Source: a virus. Taken from it: a stretch of DNA of 34,619 nucleotides. The position numbers were made by a program, and so were the translations under genes. How positions within the stretch are numbered: the stretch's first letter is position 1; each line of letters starts with the position of its first letter. The notes under the pieces are model-generated. The model had not been told where the DNA came from, searched no databases, and saw only the letters and a list, made by a program, of their open reading frames with translations. Shown here piece by piece: positions 33,526 to 34,619 of this stretch. Location of the stretch: the IMG/VR virus record IMGVR_UViG_3300025101_000083. The stretch is one strand, 5' to 3'.

Positions 33526-33969
33526 TTAGTCCTTTTTGTCCATTAAATCTGTTAGTTCTTTTGTTTTATCTTTGCTACTAAGACTACTACCAAAGTAGTA
33601 TCCTAAAACCATAGTTACTGCTGATGATAACGTACCTAGTACATATATCAATATATCTTTAGACTGTGGATCTACTTCTACAAATATAATTACAAGAAAT
33701 AAACCAAACGCTAGTATTACTGTACCTAGTGCTAGTATAGGAGTAACAATCTTGTTTAGCATTGGGGCAAACTCACTGTTTGCTATCTTCATCTCTCTTT
33801 CACGAGCAGACTGTTTATCTTGCATCTCTGATTCTAACTTAGCTAGTTCACCTTTTTGCTCCATATCTCTAAGTTCTTTCATAGCTTTAGCACGAGCAGT
33901 AGGGTCAGGTATAACCCTATCTAAAACTTTCTCTGCTACAGGAAGCAGACCAGTAAGTAGTTGTAACAT
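33526..33969 (-). CDS. holin-like membrane protein (resembles the GTA-type 3TM holin family)
   Basis: N-terminal LLPVAEKVLDRVIPDPTARAKAMKEL followed by hydrophobic helices (IVTPILALGTVILAFGLFLVIIFV and ILIYVLGTLSSAVTMVLGYYFG). Located directly upstream of the endolysin. Confidence 0.5.
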   Translation of the reverse strand: MLQLLTGLLPVAEKVLDRVIPDPTARAKAMKELRDMEQKGELAKLESEMQDKQSAREREMKIANSEFAPMLNKIVTPILALGTVILAFGLFLVIIFVEVDPQSKDILIYVLGTLSSAVTMVLGYYFGSSLSSKDKTKELTDLMDKKD

Positions 33970-33978
33970 CTATTCTCC

Positions 33979-34170
33979 TTATGTTGTATAATATTTCTTC
34001 TTTATTTTACAGCCATTCTCAGTCTCTACTTCAAACCAGTTAAACCCTTTATACTCATTAGCACACCAATAAATACACAATCCTCTTTCCATTCGTTGTA
34101 GCCTACAGTAGTATTGTTCTCTTTGTGGTATTATAGTTACTAACATAGTAGATAGTAGTATTTCTATCAT
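33979..34170 (-). CDS. small Cys-containing membrane-anchored protein, 63 aa (lysis-cassette associated)
   Basis: N-terminal hydrophobic segment and 4 Cys. ATGA coupling to the upstream gene. No lipobox seen. Confidence 0.45.
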   Translation of the reverse strand: MIEILLSTMLVTIIPQREQYYCRLQRMERGLCIYWCANEYKGFNWFEVETENGCKIKKKYYTT

Positions 34171-34619
34171 TGTACTCCCTTTATTGAGTCAATTAAGAAC
34201 TGCACCATCCACCATCCAGCCATAAGCAGAACAGCTATAATAGATAACATAGTGGAATTGTAAATGAGTTCTTTACGTTTGCGTATTTGTTGGTATACCT
34301 GAGCTTCTCGTTTGCGTTGAATTGACCTTCTAATCTGTATTAGCTGTTTATAACCATCTGCACCAAGATGGTGCAATGAACCCCAGTAGAACATATGCTT
34401 TAGTTCTTTCTCCATCTCTTTAATTCTTTGTCTTGCAGCAAGTTCATCAAATGCTTCTGCTGTGCTTGACTTAGTGTAAGTAATCTTCTTGAATATAGAT
34501 GGCTTACTTTCTTCTTGTGTTAAACAGAACTTTACATCTTCTACCGCAGAAGCCCATTTACCTAGCTGTGAGAATACTTCTTGAGCTTCTTTACCATAGT
34601 TTACTGCTGTCTTGATACC
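34167..34619 (-). CDS. 3' part of the junction-spanning gene; the full product is 166 aa with a C-terminal TM helix
   Basis: The frame is open from 34619 down to the TGA at 34167, and the true ATG is at window position 147. Full gene is complement(join(34167..34520,1..147)). The track's 82-aa version starts at an internal Met. Confidence 0.75.
   Translation of the reverse strand, partial: GIKTAVNYGKEAQEVFSQLGKWASAVEDVKFCLTQEESKPSIFKKITYTKSSTAEAFDELAARQRIKEMEKELKHMFYWGSLHHLGADGYKQLIQIRRSIQRKREAQVYQQIRKRKELIYNSTMLSIIAVLLMAGWWMVQFLIDSIKGVQ
34521..34619. repeat. 99-bp exact direct terminal repeat, copy 2
   Basis: Identical to 1-99. Confidence 0.95.

Noticed and set aside
1-34619. Integrase, repressor or other lysogeny module; defence systems such as RM, TA or Abi cassettes
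   Set aside because: No ORF shows tyrosine or serine recombinase, CI-like HTH repressor, methyltransferase or toxin-antitoxin motifs on inspection of all listed translations.

Overview
The window is a complete, circularly closed phage genome of about 34,520 bp. Bases 1-99 are repeated exactly at 34521-34619, and one gene reads through that junction. The layout is a tailless-integrase, podovirus-like genome with two divergent arms leaving one control region (19662-20267). The left arm runs on the minus strand from 19661 to 144 and wraps to 34619-33135. It encodes small and large terminase, portal, scaffold, major capsid, fibre-like and glycine-rich proteins, a run of tiny very basic proteins, tail-tube-like proteins, three large putative internal virion proteins and a lysis cassette (holin-like protein plus M15 peptidase). 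The right arm (plus strand, 20268-33154) holds early ORFans and a SprT-like protease. It also carries a T7-type replisome: gp4-like primase-helicase, family A DNA polymerase, SSB-like protein, FEN-type exonuclease and a PD-(D/E)xK resolvase. It continues with a Mom/GNAT-like protein, a metallophosphoesterase, a DUF3310-like protein, a class II ribonucleotide reductase, a c-type cytochrome and a DUF1289-like Cys protein. No phage RNA polymerase, integrase, repressor, tRNA or CRISPR array was seen. Near-consensus sigma-70 promoters and Shine-Dalgarno sites point to a Gram-negative (proteobacterial-type) host and host-RNAP-dependent transcription. It resembles marine T7-supergroup podoviruses that lack an RNAP gene, but that is inference from memory. 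The most unusual signals are: (1) four sigma-54-type -24/-12 elements packed into about 135 bp of the control region, plus a fifth elsewhere; (2) a secreted cytochrome c next to a DUF1289-like protein; (3) a Mom-like gene in a low-GC islet; (4) a cluster of protamine-like basic micro-proteins in the virion module; (5) a strongly AT-rich two-gene island among the internal virion genes. All product calls rest on motif recognition and synteny by eye. No database search was run.
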